NCBI GenBank assembly: GCA_965214775.1 | Contig: OZ243974.1 | Span: 1,024,001 to 1,088,000, forward strand | DNA length: 64,000 nucleotides | DNA from: Nitrosopumilus sp. | Lineage (GTDB): Archaea; Thermoproteota; Nitrososphaeria; Nitrososphaerales; Nitrosopumilaceae | Direction of reading: 5' to 3' | Shown: one piece after another, positions 22,786 to 33,104 of the stretch | How the letters are laid out: every line of letters starts with the position of its first letter | Position numbering within the stretch: position 1 is the first letter of the stretch | Notes under the pieces: generated by a model | What the model was told of the DNA's origin: nothing | What the model saw: the letters and a program-made list of their open reading frames with translations, nothing else | Database searches by the model: none | Translations under genes and position numbers: made by a program

Positions 22786-22962
22786 CTAGGCACGACAGGC
22801 TTGCGTGGAATCGATGCAGATAGTGCGCACAGTTGAAAATCAAACACTTTTGTGTCAAAACAGGCACGATGTGGCAAAACTATGATCTGTTTTTTGATGT
22901 GTGTGCTATGGAAGCTTTACAAACGAATTCGTCTCAATCAGGCCGATCACGCACGGGGTCTA
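22786..22962. mobile_element. Family F repeat followed by the right half of MITE family E
   Basis: Matches 3040-3145 and 33205-33333, then 2190-2233; terminal CTA coincides with the DP2 stop codon. Confidence 0.6.
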
Positions 22963-25900
22963 ATAATCAGTAAGCAGGGACTGATCTCCTTGGCTTTTGC
23001 CAAACACCAGTTCGATTTCGTCTGACAACGCATGAATTCTGCCTTTTTGATATTTGCCAACGTCGTACTTGTCAACTAGCCTCTTTGCCAGTTTGAGATA
23101 TTTCTCGACTGAGCCCCTCGTAATTGTAGGGATTAGTTTGTGGCCGCAGACGCAGGTTTGAATCAAGGGCATCCTTCTGTATGACCTTCCACATCCGGTA
23201 CATCTAAAGTTCTGCTTGGCATATGATCTAAGGTTTCCCATGATGTCTGGAACCAAATGGGTGGAGATTACATTTGACACTATTTCAGACGTGTTTACAG
23301 CGTCAATCAGCTCAGCGTTGCGGATTTGCATGTCAAATTTGTCAAGCATCGAGCCCAGGGTGGAGTATGCGCTTCTTGATTTTGATGTCGTTAAAGACGA
23401 GGTGGTATGAGTGAAAAAATAATCATAGAACTGTCTTTTTGTTTCCAGCCGCGATTTGATGATTTCGACTGATTCCACGTCTGGCGCCTTTGTTTGCTTC
23501 AAAGTCGATTCAAAGAATTCAAGAGGCAGTGTTTTGGTTACTTCAAGGTTGTGGGCCTGTGGTTGTGACTCGTGTGGAAGAACAAGAGGCTGAACCAGAA
23601 GGGGGGCATCCATCAGGCCGCCAATCCTGTCTGAAAGAAACTGCCTTGAAAAATTAAGCAGGCTGTCCATCAACAGCATCATGGAATCCGCATCCCCATC
23701 GGCGTCCCTTCGTTTTGCTGAATGCCAGTTGGGGGTTCCAAAGCAGACGTGTGTCTCAGTATAGCCAACAATTCTTCCCACAATTCCAACAGAAGTGTGC
23801 GGGGCCAGTCCGATTATCAGGTGGCCGACCAGTTCGTCAGGGTTTGAAACGTTGTAAAAGGGGGGCTTCTGATAGAACTTCTCAAGCAGGGTATCAATGT
23901 ACTTGCATGTTGAAACAAGATAGTTTCCGCTTTCATAGGGAATAACGACATCCTGCATTCTAAGCTCCACTGTTTGTTCCGGGTTTTCAAGCAGGTTCCC
24001 ATCAATGTCATGGGTGTATCCAAGACCGTGCAGCTTTTCAATCGACGTTCCAATCCATGACGGCTTGAACTGGGTCAGCGGGGAATTTGTAGCGTCAAAC
24101 CTGACAGTGCCGTCTTTGAAAACGGTCAATCCCAGTTGTTGGCGGGCCAGGCCTTTCTCAAGCGGTTCGGCGATCCTGTCCTGGTTGATGAGTTCCTTGA
24201 CGCCTTTGAAGGGCTCCTGCGCACGAATCCCCATTTTTTGCTGGGCTGCAAGCAACCTGTCTTTGAGAGGAAATTCCTTGTGAGAATTGGCAGGAGCCTT
24301 GCGCTTGCATTTTTCACAGTATGGCTCGGCTAGCGTGTCTCGGCAGTTTAGGCATCTGTACGAAATCGAGGTCTTGGTTTCACATTTCGGGCATTTTATT
24401 CCAATCGAGGGTGTGTTGCATCGCGTACAGCTTCGGTTGAGGATGTTTGTGAAAAAATACTCGTTTCTTGATGCCTTTAGCAGATCCCTGGTGGGTCCGC
24501 CCTTGTCACCGACCGGAAACAATACGTGGGTCGGAGGCTTCATCTGTCTTGCAGCGGCCTTTTCTGGCCTTCCGATTCTTACGCCAATGGATGTTGAGAA
24601 TTTGTTTCTGATCTGAATTCCCGAGGACTCGGACAGGATTTTTGGCACTGACATGTCAGAGACTGCCGTCGGCTCCTTCCTAAAAAGCAAATTAAAGAAG
24701 ATTTTGGCCTCCAGATTTTCAAGGATCAGGAGATCGTTTTCGGTTTTGTGCGGGGTTCCAAGTTTTTCCAAGACCGGTTTTTTGTCTTCGGAATACCGGA
24801 TGTGTGAATCGCCGACGTTGATCGGATCAAGCAGTTTCTCAAGCTCCTCTGCTGAAATTTTATCCCAGAAATATAGAAAGGCAGGATGCAATGGAAGTTT
24901 AAAATCCAGTGAGATTTTCAGGGCCTCATCAATTGACGGGACTTTTTGGAGGAATTGTTTCAGATATTGATGATCATCAGGCCCGCATCCCTCAATTTTT
25001 TGCCTTAATTCCTCAACCCAAAACTCCTCAACATATGCTGATGGAACCAGTTGGGCGTTGTTTTCAAGAAAGTCGCCAAACGAAATCAGAATGTCGCCAA
25101 GGTGAAGAATCTTCTCAATTTCGTCTTTGATTCGAATTCCGTGTTTGACATCCTGGATTTTTACGACGTTTCCGTTTTTCAGGCGAACTGTCGGGGTTTC
25201 AATGGAATCGACAAATGCCACGGTGGCCCCCTTTCCAGGAATGTCAATTTTGACTTGGGTTCCAACGGCAATGGTATGATCCAAAATTTCAGCAATTACA
25301 GGATGCAGGCCTACGGCAGCAAAGCCGGTATTGCAGGCTCGCCCGTACCTTAACCGAAATCCGCCCAGTTTGTTAGGCATGGAAAGAACAGATCTTCCAG
25401 CAATGACTTCCCGCATCCTTTTTGCAGCAGCGTCCTCCTGGTTATCGCCTGTTGTTTGAACGGCGCCCTTGAGGTCGTTGAGCCATTCCCAGCCATCCAA
25501 ATTGTACAGTTCGATTCTTTTCAGCAATTTTTTTGATCTGCCTATCAGGCCGTCGTTTAGGACACGCAGTGCTCCGCCGCGAACTCTGTTGGTTTTGATT
25601 CGAGTCATGGACTTGTGGTTTACGACTTCGAACGGATCCGTATCAACACCGTCCAGTTCCACCGGAAGATTGGAGATCACGCGTTCAATGTCCTCGTCTA
25701 GAATATGGAACTGGAAACTGCTTGCCTCCCTTTCATAGATTCGTAATTCCTCAACAAACCTTCCGGTTTCGTCATCAAACGAGTTGGCTTGAAATCTTGA
25801 CAGTCCGACTGCCTTTCTCACATGATCGGCAATCAGCATTGTAACGGCCGATTCGGTCCCTCCAGCCGAACGCATGGGTCCTGCTATGGATACAGAGAGA

Positions 25901-26346
25901 TATTCCGAGCCGTCCTTGTTTTTCTTAATCTTCACTTCGTTGATTCCCTGGAGGGGGGCGATGGTCACTCCCTCAGTAACAATTGCCAGCCCTACACGAA
26001 CTGCAAGATCCAGTTTTTCTTCAAGGGTAGAGTCGGGCAGAGAATATTTTCCCAGAGCAATTTCTTTGGACAGGATTAGTGCCGAGAGTTCCTTTCCGTT
26101 GGTTTTGAGCAACTCACGGAGGGGGCCGGCAATGTCGATTTCATGCATCTTTGCAACACGATCTGCAAGGTCAAAGGCAATCTTTGGCTCTATCATGCCT
26201 GCAGAGTCAAAAAGGCTTGATTTTGCCGAGGCCGCTTTCTCAAAAACAGTATAGGTTTCCAAAGACAGTCCCGAATAGTAATCCATATAGTAATCCGGCA
26301 TTTTTATGCCTTTGATTCTAGAAACGGCGTCATTTTCAGCAGACAT
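22960..26346 (-). CDS. polC: DNA polymerase D large subunit DP2
   Basis: GPMRSAGGT, RIGRPEKA, KRRDADGDAD, Zn fingers. Confidence 0.97.
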   Translation of the reverse strand: MSAENDAVSRIKGIKMPDYYMDYYSGLSLETYTVFEKAASAKSSLFDSAGMIEPKIAFDLADRVAKMHEIDIAGPLRELLKTNGKELSALILSKEIALGKYSLPDSTLEEKLDLAVRVGLAIVTEGVTIAPLQGINEVKIKKNKDGSEYLSVSIAGPMRSAGGTESAVTMLIADHVRKAVGLSRFQANSFDDETGRFVEELRIYEREASSFQFHILDEDIERVISNLPVELDGVDTDPFEVVNHKSMTRIKTNRVRGGALRVLNDGLIGRSKKLLKRIELYNLDGWEWLNDLKGAVQTTGDNQEDAAAKRMREVIAGRSVLSMPNKLGGFRLRYGRACNTGFAAVGLHPVIAEILDHTIAVGTQVKIDIPGKGATVAFVDSIETPTVRLKNGNVVKIQDVKHGIRIKDEIEKILHLGDILISFGDFLENNAQLVPSAYVEEFWVEELRQKIEGCGPDDHQYLKQFLQKVPSIDEALKISLDFKLPLHPAFLYFWDKISAEELEKLLDPINVGDSHIRYSEDKKPVLEKLGTPHKTENDLLILENLEAKIFFNLLFRKEPTAVSDMSVPKILSESSGIQIRNKFSTSIGVRIGRPEKAAARQMKPPTHVLFPVGDKGGPTRDLLKASRNEYFFTNILNRSCTRCNTPSIGIKCPKCETKTSISYRCLNCRDTLAEPYCEKCKRKAPANSHKEFPLKDRLLAAQQKMGIRAQEPFKGVKELINQDRIAEPLEKGLARQQLGLTVFKDGTVRFDATNSPLTQFKPSWIGTSIEKLHGLGYTHDIDGNLLENPEQTVELRMQDVVIPYESGNYLVSTCKYIDTLLEKFYQKPPFYNVSNPDELVGHLIIGLAPHTSVGIVGRIVGYTETHVCFGTPNWHSAKRRDADGDADSMMLLMDSLLNFSRQFLSDRIGGLMDAPLLVQPLVLPHESQPQAHNLEVTKTLPLEFFESTLKQTKAPDVESVEIIKSRLETKRQFYDYFFTHTTSSLTTSKSRSAYSTLGSMLDKFDMQIRNAELIDAVNTSEIVSNVISTHLVPDIMGNLRSYAKQNFRCTGCGRSYRRMPLIQTCVCGHKLIPTITRGSVEKYLKLAKRLVDKYDVGKYQKGRIHALSDEIELVFGKSQGDQSLLTDY

Positions 26347-26355
26347 GTGATCCTA

Positions 26356-27111
26356 CTACTGCTTGCTTCTTTGAATTGTTTTTGTTATTTCTTGGAGTTT
26401 TTTCAGACTTCCACCTTTTTCAAGAAACGTTCCAATTACCAGGGCGTCTGCGCCGGCCTTGGCAAGGCTTTGGGCAGTTTTAACGTCCCTAATGCCTCCG
26501 CCAACTATCAAAAAACCGTCAAATGTTTTTCTGACAGTTCGGACCATCTCAGGAGTAACGTTGGTCTTTGCGCCCGAGCCTGCCTCCAAGTAAACAAACC
26601 TCATTCCCAGAAACCGTGCAGCCAAGGCATAAGCAGCTGCAATTTTTGGCTTTTCAAATGGAATTCCCCTTGCAGAGCCCACAAACCAGGCCGAAGTGCC
26701 ATCTCCGATAACCAGATATGCTGTCGGAAGTGCCTCAAGTCCGAATTTGGCAACGCTGGGAGCTCCAAGTGCCTGGGCCTGGGTGATAAAGTAGGGATTT
26801 TCTGAATTCATTAACGAGCTAAACAGGATGGCGTCTGCGCCAGGTACGATCCCCGTCACATTTCCCGGAAACAGTATAATTGGGATTTTAATGCCTTTTT
26901 TGATGCCTTTAACAACTTGTGCCATCTCAATTTGGTTTGTGGCAGACGAGCCGCCAACCAATATTGAGGACGCACCGATTTTCTCTGCGTTCTTTGCCAG
27001 TTCGGCAGAAGCCTCAAGATCAGAGACCTCCGAATCTATCAGCACAAACAATAGTGTTTTTTTTTTCCTTAATTCTGATTTTAGGAACGATTCTACTTTG
27101 TTTTCAGCCAT
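26356..27111 (-). CDS. Geranylgeranylglyceryl phosphate synthase
   Basis: ILVGGS, ILFPG, YLEAGSGA, VGGGIR. Confidence 0.92.
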   Translation of the reverse strand: MAENKVESFLKSELRKKKTLLFVLIDSEVSDLEASAELAKNAEKIGASSILVGGSSATNQIEMAQVVKGIKKGIKIPIILFPGNVTGIVPGADAILFSSLMNSENPYFITQAQALGAPSVAKFGLEALPTAYLVIGDGTSAWFVGSARGIPFEKPKIAAAYALAARFLGMRFVYLEAGSGAKTNVTPEMVRTVRKTFDGFLIVGGGIRDVKTAQSLAKAGADALVIGTFLEKGGSLKKLQEITKTIQRSKQ

Positions 27112-27176
27112 AAGGGAGGTTTGTACATGACTCTTTAAAGTTTAATTGGAGTGCCGACATACAGATTTGTATAGCT

Positions 27177-27539
27177 ATGTCAGAGTTTGAAGGATCTAGT
27201 TTTAACAACATTGTACGAGAAATTATCAAAAAATCGTTGTTTACGGAGCGACAAATTGAAATTATTTTAAATCAGAAGGATCTTTTAGAATCAAAGTTTT
27301 CCATAACAAAGGGAGCGTATTACAGGCAGGTTGGGCAGTCCAGAGACAAGTTGATTGGATTGTTCTATTCAGTCGTTCTTTTACGCGGTCTAGGCATACT
27401 TTTGCCTGATGATATTGATGTGATATCAAAACTTTCAGAACAGATTAGTGTGATTAATGATAGTGATATATTCCCAGAACGTCAGGAAGAGGTGATGGGT
27501 GTGATAGACAAGCTCATTCGTCAGGCATGTAATATGTGA
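27177..27539 (+). CDS. Putative HTH DNA-binding protein
   Basis: FTERQIEII...ITKGAYYR HTH-like segment. Confidence 0.65.
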   Translation: MSEFEGSSFNNIVREIIKKSLFTERQIEIILNQKDLLESKFSITKGAYYRQVGQSRDKLIGLFYSVVLLRGLGILLPDDIDVISKLSEQISVINDSDIFPERQEEVMGVIDKLIRQACNM

Positions 27540-27632
27540 TGGTGTGATAGGGAGAGGTGTCGCCGGGTTTTGACGGTTGTGATAATGTGTGTGAGTTTGT
27601 TAATCCAAAGTGTGAAATAATGTTGTCCAATC

Positions 27633-28334
27633 ATGATAAATCACAACACATGTATGAAATTTGTGATGTTGGTAGAAATTCCTGATCCCGAAGTGATTTT
27701 GGGTGTAATTGTTGCGTTTTTGATAGGACTGGGTGGGTTGTATGGCTATTATAAGATCAAGCCGTTTATCAAAACCAAGAGTGAGATGGTTGATGCATCA
27801 CAGCGTTCTGAGCGCCTAGAGTATTACGAAACACAGTTAATTGATATGAAAATACGCCTAGATGCATTAGAACTCCAGGGGATTGAACAGAAAACAGGTG
27901 AGAAGGAGGTGTTGGATCCCAACAAGGAATTAAAGCAGTTCTTGGAAAAGTTAGTTAGTAATCAAGGCCAAGGGCAGCCTGCAGAACAGGTTGTTGAGGC
28001 TCCAAAAGATGGGGAAAAACCTATTTCCACACCCAAAACCGACCATGTGGGGTTTACCAACCCGACAGATTATGTGTTGCACCTAATCACAAACAAAGAC
28101 ATGACATCACGTGACATACAAGTCACATTAAAGAAAAGCAGGGAGCATACTTCAAGATTGATGAAGAAGTTGTTTGAGGATGGGTATGTTCAAAGGAATA
28201 CAAATTCCAAACCATACACCTACTCAATTACAGAGAAAGGAAAGACAAAAGTCATTGATCTTCAATCAGAAACCCCGGGTAATAGGATAGTCCAGGGCAG
28301 TGTTAAACTCATGGCCCCATATCAAAACATATGA
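27633..28334 (+). CDS. Membrane-anchored coiled-coil protein with a C-terminal winged helix
   Basis: N-terminal TM (VILGVIVAFLIGLGGLYGY), coiled coil, TSRDIQ..SREHTSRLMKKL..GYV.R..KPYTYSIT. Confidence 0.8.
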   Translation: MINHNTCMKFVMLVEIPDPEVILGVIVAFLIGLGGLYGYYKIKPFIKTKSEMVDASQRSERLEYYETQLIDMKIRLDALELQGIEQKTGEKEVLDPNKELKQFLEKLVSNQGQGQPAEQVVEAPKDGEKPISTPKTDHVGFTNPTDYVLHLITNKDMTSRDIQVTLKKSREHTSRLMKKLFEDGYVQRNTNSKPYTYSITEKGKTKVIDLQSETPGNRIVQGSVKLMAPYQNI

Positions 28335-28567
28335 AAACCACAATTGCAGGCAAATGTATGTTTGGTTGCTGTCTGGGTAGGGACCACCACACCATAACAA
28401 CACCAAACCACATAGGAGGTTTTTAATGTTTTATGAAATTTAAAGTAAATTATTTTAAGGAAAATTTACAAAACCACACCTGTTTTTATTATTAATTAAT
28501 AATTAAATATTTTATTAAATTATATATAATGTTAATTATAAATAATGTTAAATTATAATAAAATTAT

Positions 28568-28729
28568 ATGTCTGTTCAAGAAAATGAGGTGTTGGTCAAG
28601 ATCACATCAGTTGGAACCATATCAATCCCCAAACAGTTTAGGAAGTTTATGGATATTCAAAAGGGTGAATATGTTAAATTAATCCTTGAAAAAGACCGAT
28701 TAATAGTAAGAAAAGTGGTTATTAATTAA
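28568..28729 (+). CDS. AbrB/MazE/SpoVT family DNA-binding protein (53 aa, not in the ORF track)
   Basis: MSVQENEVLVKITSVGTISIPKQFRKFMDIQKGEYV...; very AT-rich upstream region. Confidence 0.85.
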   Translation: MSVQENEVLVKITSVGTISIPKQFRKFMDIQKGEYVKLILEKDRLIVRKVVIN

Positions 28730-28738
28730 AAGGTGTTT

Positions 28739-29128
28739 TTAGGGTTGTTTTTGGTGTATTTTGATGGATTGGTATGTCCACTCGCGGCCGGTTCTAATCC
28801 TGTTGATTTTTCCTTTGGTTGAGAATCTAGAAAGGTATGTTGAAATTATACTAAGTTTTATAGGTTCGTTAAACTCATCTTCATATTTTTCCAAGATATT
28901 AGTAGAGGTGAATTTGCCTATTGGATAGAATTTATCGACAATATGCCAGATTTTGGAGCCTGCAGAGTTTGTGTTGACAGCCCCCTCCTGTTCTTCCTCA
29001 ATATTCATCAGATCCATCATTTCAAAAATTTTAAGAACCTTATCTCTGGTTACATTACCTTCCAGTTTAATATCATATCGAGCTCCGTCAGAGTCTTCCA
29101 TGTCTATTCTAATACGTTTTTTTGCCAT
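28739..29128 (-). CDS. Winged-helix DNA-binding protein
   Basis: FTSTNI...LSIISTYLSR...GKI.R...GREWTY. Confidence 0.75.
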   Translation of the reverse strand: MAKKRIRIDMEDSDGARYDIKLEGNVTRDKVLKIFEMMDLMNIEEEQEGAVNTNSAGSKIWHIVDKFYPIGKFTSTNILEKYEDEFNEPIKLSIISTYLSRFSTKGKINRIRTGREWTYQSIKIHQKQP

Positions 29129-29279
29129 CTTTGAGATCTAATAGATTAGGTGTTAACAATTCAACTGATCCTCCAAATTTTGTTAACAAAGTTGTTTGTT
29201 AATATTGACTGTATAACCCACGTTTGGAGGTTTTTTTGTTATTAACAACCATATTAGAAAATTTATGGTAAATTAGTGG

Positions 29280-29670
29280 TTTTTATGCCTGGAGTGGAAA
29301 TGAAGGGGTCTGAATCACCATATTTACAATGTTAGTGTTTGTTTTAACGCCTGGATAGGAAATACAGGGGTCAAAATGGCTTTTTTGGGGTTTTTTTTAA
29401 CATAAAATTAACATTGTGTTAATTATATCAGGCCAGCCTCCCCACCCTGTCTGCTCCATTTTATTACACCATCATCCCATACTTTGTTTCATCCTACCCA
29501 CACACCTTTATTTCCACTCTATTCTTTTTTTAAAAAAAATTTTTTTAATAAACTAAAAACTAACTAAAAATAATTAATTACAAACTTAACTAGAACTACT
29601 TCTCCATCCTTTACTCTTTTGGTTGGATGTTGTTATGTTGAAATTGACAGGAAATAAAGGTGTGTGGGTA
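29280..29670. other. Replication origin (oriC) with ORB elements and an AT-rich unwinding region
   Basis: ORB-like GGAAA(N)4-GG repeats at 29291-29310, 29351-29372, 29495-29520 (inverted) and 29650-29670; AT-rich 29520-29600; directly upstream of cdc6. Confidence 0.8.
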
Positions 29671-30872
29671 TGTCAGATCCTGTAGACAGACTGCTTGATG
29701 CATCCGAATCTGGAAAGTCGATCATTCAGAACAGGAACATCTTGCATTTTACCTACATACCGGATGTAATTTTACATAGAAACTCCGAACAGGAGCAGGT
29801 CACCCAATCACTCCTACCTATTTTAAAACAATCCCGCCCATCAAACCTGTTGGTGTATGGGAAACCCGGTACCGGCAAGACATTGGTTGTCAAAAAAGTT
29901 ATTTCAAAAATTCAAAAAAGGGTTGAAAAATCAAACTTTCCAATCAAACTGGTATATTCAAACTCAAAAGAGGAGACTACATTATACGGGTTGTTGGTAA
30001 GTATTGGACGCCAATTAGGATTGGAAAGAGAGGAACTTCCAACCACCGGATTGGCCATAAGCGAGGTCTTTAAACGAATCTTGGAAAAAATTAACCAGAA
30101 CGGACTTAATACAATTTTTATAATCGATGAAATTGATCATCTTGCCCAACTGGTATCAAAGACAGGCAAGGACATTTTATACCAACTAACAAGGGCAAAT
30201 GAAAGGATTAAGAACGGCTCTCTGACCCTGGTCGGCATCTCAAACGACCTTACATTCAAGGAAAAACTTGACCCCAGGGTCATTAGCAGTTTGGGAGAAG
30301 AAGAGATTGTCTTTGCAAACTATAATGTTGAGCAGATTAAAAAAATTCTTGGGGAGAGGATCAAGGACGCGTTTGTGCAAAACTCAATCGAAAAACCTGC
30401 CCTAAACCTATGTGCTGCCCTTGCAGGCGCAGAACACGGGGATGCACGCAGGGCCATAGACCTGATACGGGTAGCCGGCGAACTGGCTGAGAGACAGCAA
30501 TCAGATACCGTAACTGAGGCCCATATCCGCGAGGCTTCTCAAAAAATCGAGGAAAACAAAGAGGAGGCCTCCCTCAAATCATATCCCCTACATGAAAAAC
30601 TGGTCATTTTGGCAATCATAAAGGCAAACGGTTCTTCAACCGGAGAAATCTACACTTCCTACAAAAAACTCTGTAAAACAGTCGGAAGGGACGGGTTGAC
30701 CCAAAGAAGAATTACCCAAATACTAAGTGAGATAGAACTGTCTGGAATTATCAACGGGAGGCTGGTCCATCAAGGAATTCACGGAAGGACCAAAAAATAC
30801 AAACTCACAATATCCTCTGAAATGGCAAAAAAAGCGTTCAGAGACGACTTAACTCTGCAGGACATTGTTTGA
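29670..30872 (+). CDS. cdc6: Orc1/Cdc6 replication initiator
   Basis: GKPGTGKT, IIDEID, GDARRAIDL, C-terminal wHTH. Confidence 0.95.
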   Translation: MSDPVDRLLDASESGKSIIQNRNILHFTYIPDVILHRNSEQEQVTQSLLPILKQSRPSNLLVYGKPGTGKTLVVKKVISKIQKRVEKSNFPIKLVYSNSKEETTLYGLLVSIGRQLGLEREELPTTGLAISEVFKRILEKINQNGLNTIFIIDEIDHLAQLVSKTGKDILYQLTRANERIKNGSLTLVGISNDLTFKEKLDPRVISSLGEEEIVFANYNVEQIKKILGERIKDAFVQNSIEKPALNLCAALAGAEHGDARRAIDLIRVAGELAERQQSDTVTEAHIREASQKIEENKEEASLKSYPLHEKLVILAIIKANGSSTGEIYTSYKKLCKTVGRDGLTQRRITQILSEIELSGIINGRLVHQGIHGRTKKYKLTISSEMAKKAFRDDLTLQDIV

Positions 30873-32309
30873 ATCCAAATTATAATTTTGATAAAAAACC
30901 TTGAGTGTTTTCAAATTCACCATTATTGCAAGTCCTGGATTTGGAGTCATTCCAACACTTGCCTGAAACGGGGTCTGTCTTTGCCAAGAGCCGGAATTGA
31001 CCAACAACACTCCCTTATATCTGCCTAATTCTGCCCTGTGGACATGTCCTACATGAAGGATGTCTGGAATCTCATCAACTACCATCAAATCTTGCATCTC
31101 GGGGGCAATTGGAGTCTGGCTTCCATAGATTGGACTTAGATGTCTTGCCCTGAGCAGATGCCTCATTACGTTTGTTGGGTTGTCATAACTTAGCCCCGGA
31201 GTGGTCTTTACTATATCATCAATGCTTTGGCCGTGAAACATTGTCACCTTGACCCCGTTAAGGGAGACTATGGCCGGGTTTCCGACCATAATGACGTTCT
31301 CACGCCCCCAAAGACCGGGATTGTATTTTTTGGGTATGGCCGGCTGTGGAAGCGCCCTTCTCCCCGGGTCGTGGTTTCCGGGCATTATGATAATTTTGAC
31401 ATTCTTTGGAATTTTATCCAACAATTTTTCAACCTTGTCCAACTGCTCTTCAACGGTCTGGCAGACAAGCTCCTTGTCCTGGTTTGGATAAATCCCAACA
31501 CCGTCGACTACGTCGCCCCCAATCAGCACAAACCGAATCTTTTTTGCAACCGGATCCGGACTGGAAATCCAACCAACAAACCTCATAAACTCGTCCTCCA
31601 TAAAATATTTGCTTCCGACATGCAGGTCTGAAAGAAAAACAGCATACGCATCAGACTCTGACTTGTTTACGGTCTGGTCAGGAATGTCAGGCAAAATAAC
31701 ATCCTTGATGACAAACCCCGAATTTTTGCCCAGACTTACCCTGGCCATCACAAACTGATCAGAAAGCAAGGCTCCGGCAGCCTTTTGCAGTTCGCCGTCA
31801 AACACGATTCCCTCAAAACCACCGGACGGGTCTTCAAGATGCAGTTTTGTGATGTTTCGCTCAACACTCCGCGTGGTAACCAGGCCACAAATGTACATAT
31901 CCTCTTCGGATTTTGCTGACTTTACAGATGCTATGGATTTTAGCATTCGAGATTCCGGCCTTTCTGAGATGATTCTCTTTAACTTGTTAAACCTGCTTGA
32001 AAACAAGGCGTTATACCCCTTTACTCCCTCACCTGTTGTGGTTTTATCAGTCGGGTCAGACAGCACCCTGACTTCGTTTTGGATTGAGGGATCGTCTTTT
32101 ATTCCAAGATGGGTCTCCAAATCGTCTTGGCTGATTTGGAACGTTTTTTGTTTGGTCTTTTCTCTTACAATCTCTTTGATGATCTTTTCTAGCTTTTTGA
32201 CATCCACATTCTCTAGAATCCTAAAGGCATCGGGATGAATCTGGAATCCCTTGTTTAACGCATAATTTAACGCAAGGGACAACTCTTTTTTCATATCGGA
32301 AAATACCAT
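30849..32309 (-). CDS. polB: DNA polymerase D small subunit DP1
   Basis: SDLHVGS, GDVVDG, PGNHD, HGQS, GHVH phosphoesterase motifs. Confidence 0.95.
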   Translation of the reverse strand: MVFSDMKKELSLALNYALNKGFQIHPDAFRILENVDVKKLEKIIKEIVREKTKQKTFQISQDDLETHLGIKDDPSIQNEVRVLSDPTDKTTTGEGVKGYNALFSSRFNKLKRIISERPESRMLKSIASVKSAKSEEDMYICGLVTTRSVERNITKLHLEDPSGGFEGIVFDGELQKAAGALLSDQFVMARVSLGKNSGFVIKDVILPDIPDQTVNKSESDAYAVFLSDLHVGSKYFMEDEFMRFVGWISSPDPVAKKIRFVLIGGDVVDGVGIYPNQDKELVCQTVEEQLDKVEKLLDKIPKNVKIIIMPGNHDPGRRALPQPAIPKKYNPGLWGRENVIMVGNPAIVSLNGVKVTMFHGQSIDDIVKTTPGLSYDNPTNVMRHLLRARHLSPIYGSQTPIAPEMQDLMVVDEIPDILHVGHVHRAELGRYKGVLLVNSGSWQRQTPFQASVGMTPNPGLAIMVNLKTLKVFYQNYNLDSNNVLQS

Positions 32310-32374
32310 GCGGTTTAATTAAATCTGCCTTAACGACGGCGAACCCTCAAATATTATTCTAATGGCAACACACC

Positions 32375-32917
32375 ATGAACAAAACCCGAATTGGATTTTT
32401 TTTCGTCTTTATGGGCGCATTTGTAGCAGCTTATCAAGCAGGTTCGATGTCTGATGTTGGCAAGGAAGAGGCCGCAGATTTCATGAAAGAGTTTGAAGAA
32501 CTTGTTTTGGACATTGATGGATTTGGAATCTTTGTCCATAACACCACTCTGGCTTTGATCATGTTTGTTCCGGGATTTGGCATAGCATGGGGTCTGTTTT
32601 CTGCATGGTCCACCGGGTTTGCGTTTGCCGCCATTACAACCACGGCGCCTGAATTAAGCTCAATCCCGCCACTGTCAATCCTGTTTTTATCTCCGTTTGG
32701 AATAATGGAACTTGTCGCATACTCACTTGGAATCTCGAGGAGTTATATTCTGATTCGGGCGATTTTAAAGAAAACCAATCTTACAACTTTCATCAAACCC
32801 ACGGTTATTGAGATTGGAATAATGGTTGGTTTGCTCTTGGCCGCAGGCCATCTGGAATTTTACATGATTGAATTGGCCCAGAAAGGCGGGTTTGAAATGC
32901 CTGGATTTGACCCGTGA
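32375..32917 (+). CDS. SpoIIM-family membrane protein
   Basis: IFVHN, PFGIMEL, several TM segments. Confidence 0.75.
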   Translation: MNKTRIGFFFVFMGAFVAAYQAGSMSDVGKEEAADFMKEFEELVLDIDGFGIFVHNTTLALIMFVPGFGIAWGLFSAWSTGFAFAAITTTAPELSSIPPLSILFLSPFGIMELVAYSLGISRSYILIRAILKKTNLTTFIKPTVIEIGIMVGLLLAAGHLEFYMIELAQKGGFEMPGFDP

Positions 32918-32955
32918 CATTTGGGTTTGCTGCCAAGTCCAAAACAATCCGTATT

Positions 32956-33104
32956 TGACGTATGACGTATGATGTATGATGTATGATGTATGATGTATGT
33001 GTATGATGTATGTGTATGATGTATGTGTATGATGTATGTGTATGTGTATGATGTATGTGTATGATGTATGTGTATGATGTATGTGTATGATGTATGTGTA
33101 TGTG
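32956..33104. repeat. Compound microsatellite (TATGATG / TATGATGTATGTG units)
   Basis: Read directly; intergenic. Confidence 0.9.

Noticed and set aside
22960-26346. Intein in DP2 (or in cdc6)
   Set aside because: Lengths are normal and no splice-junction motifs were seen
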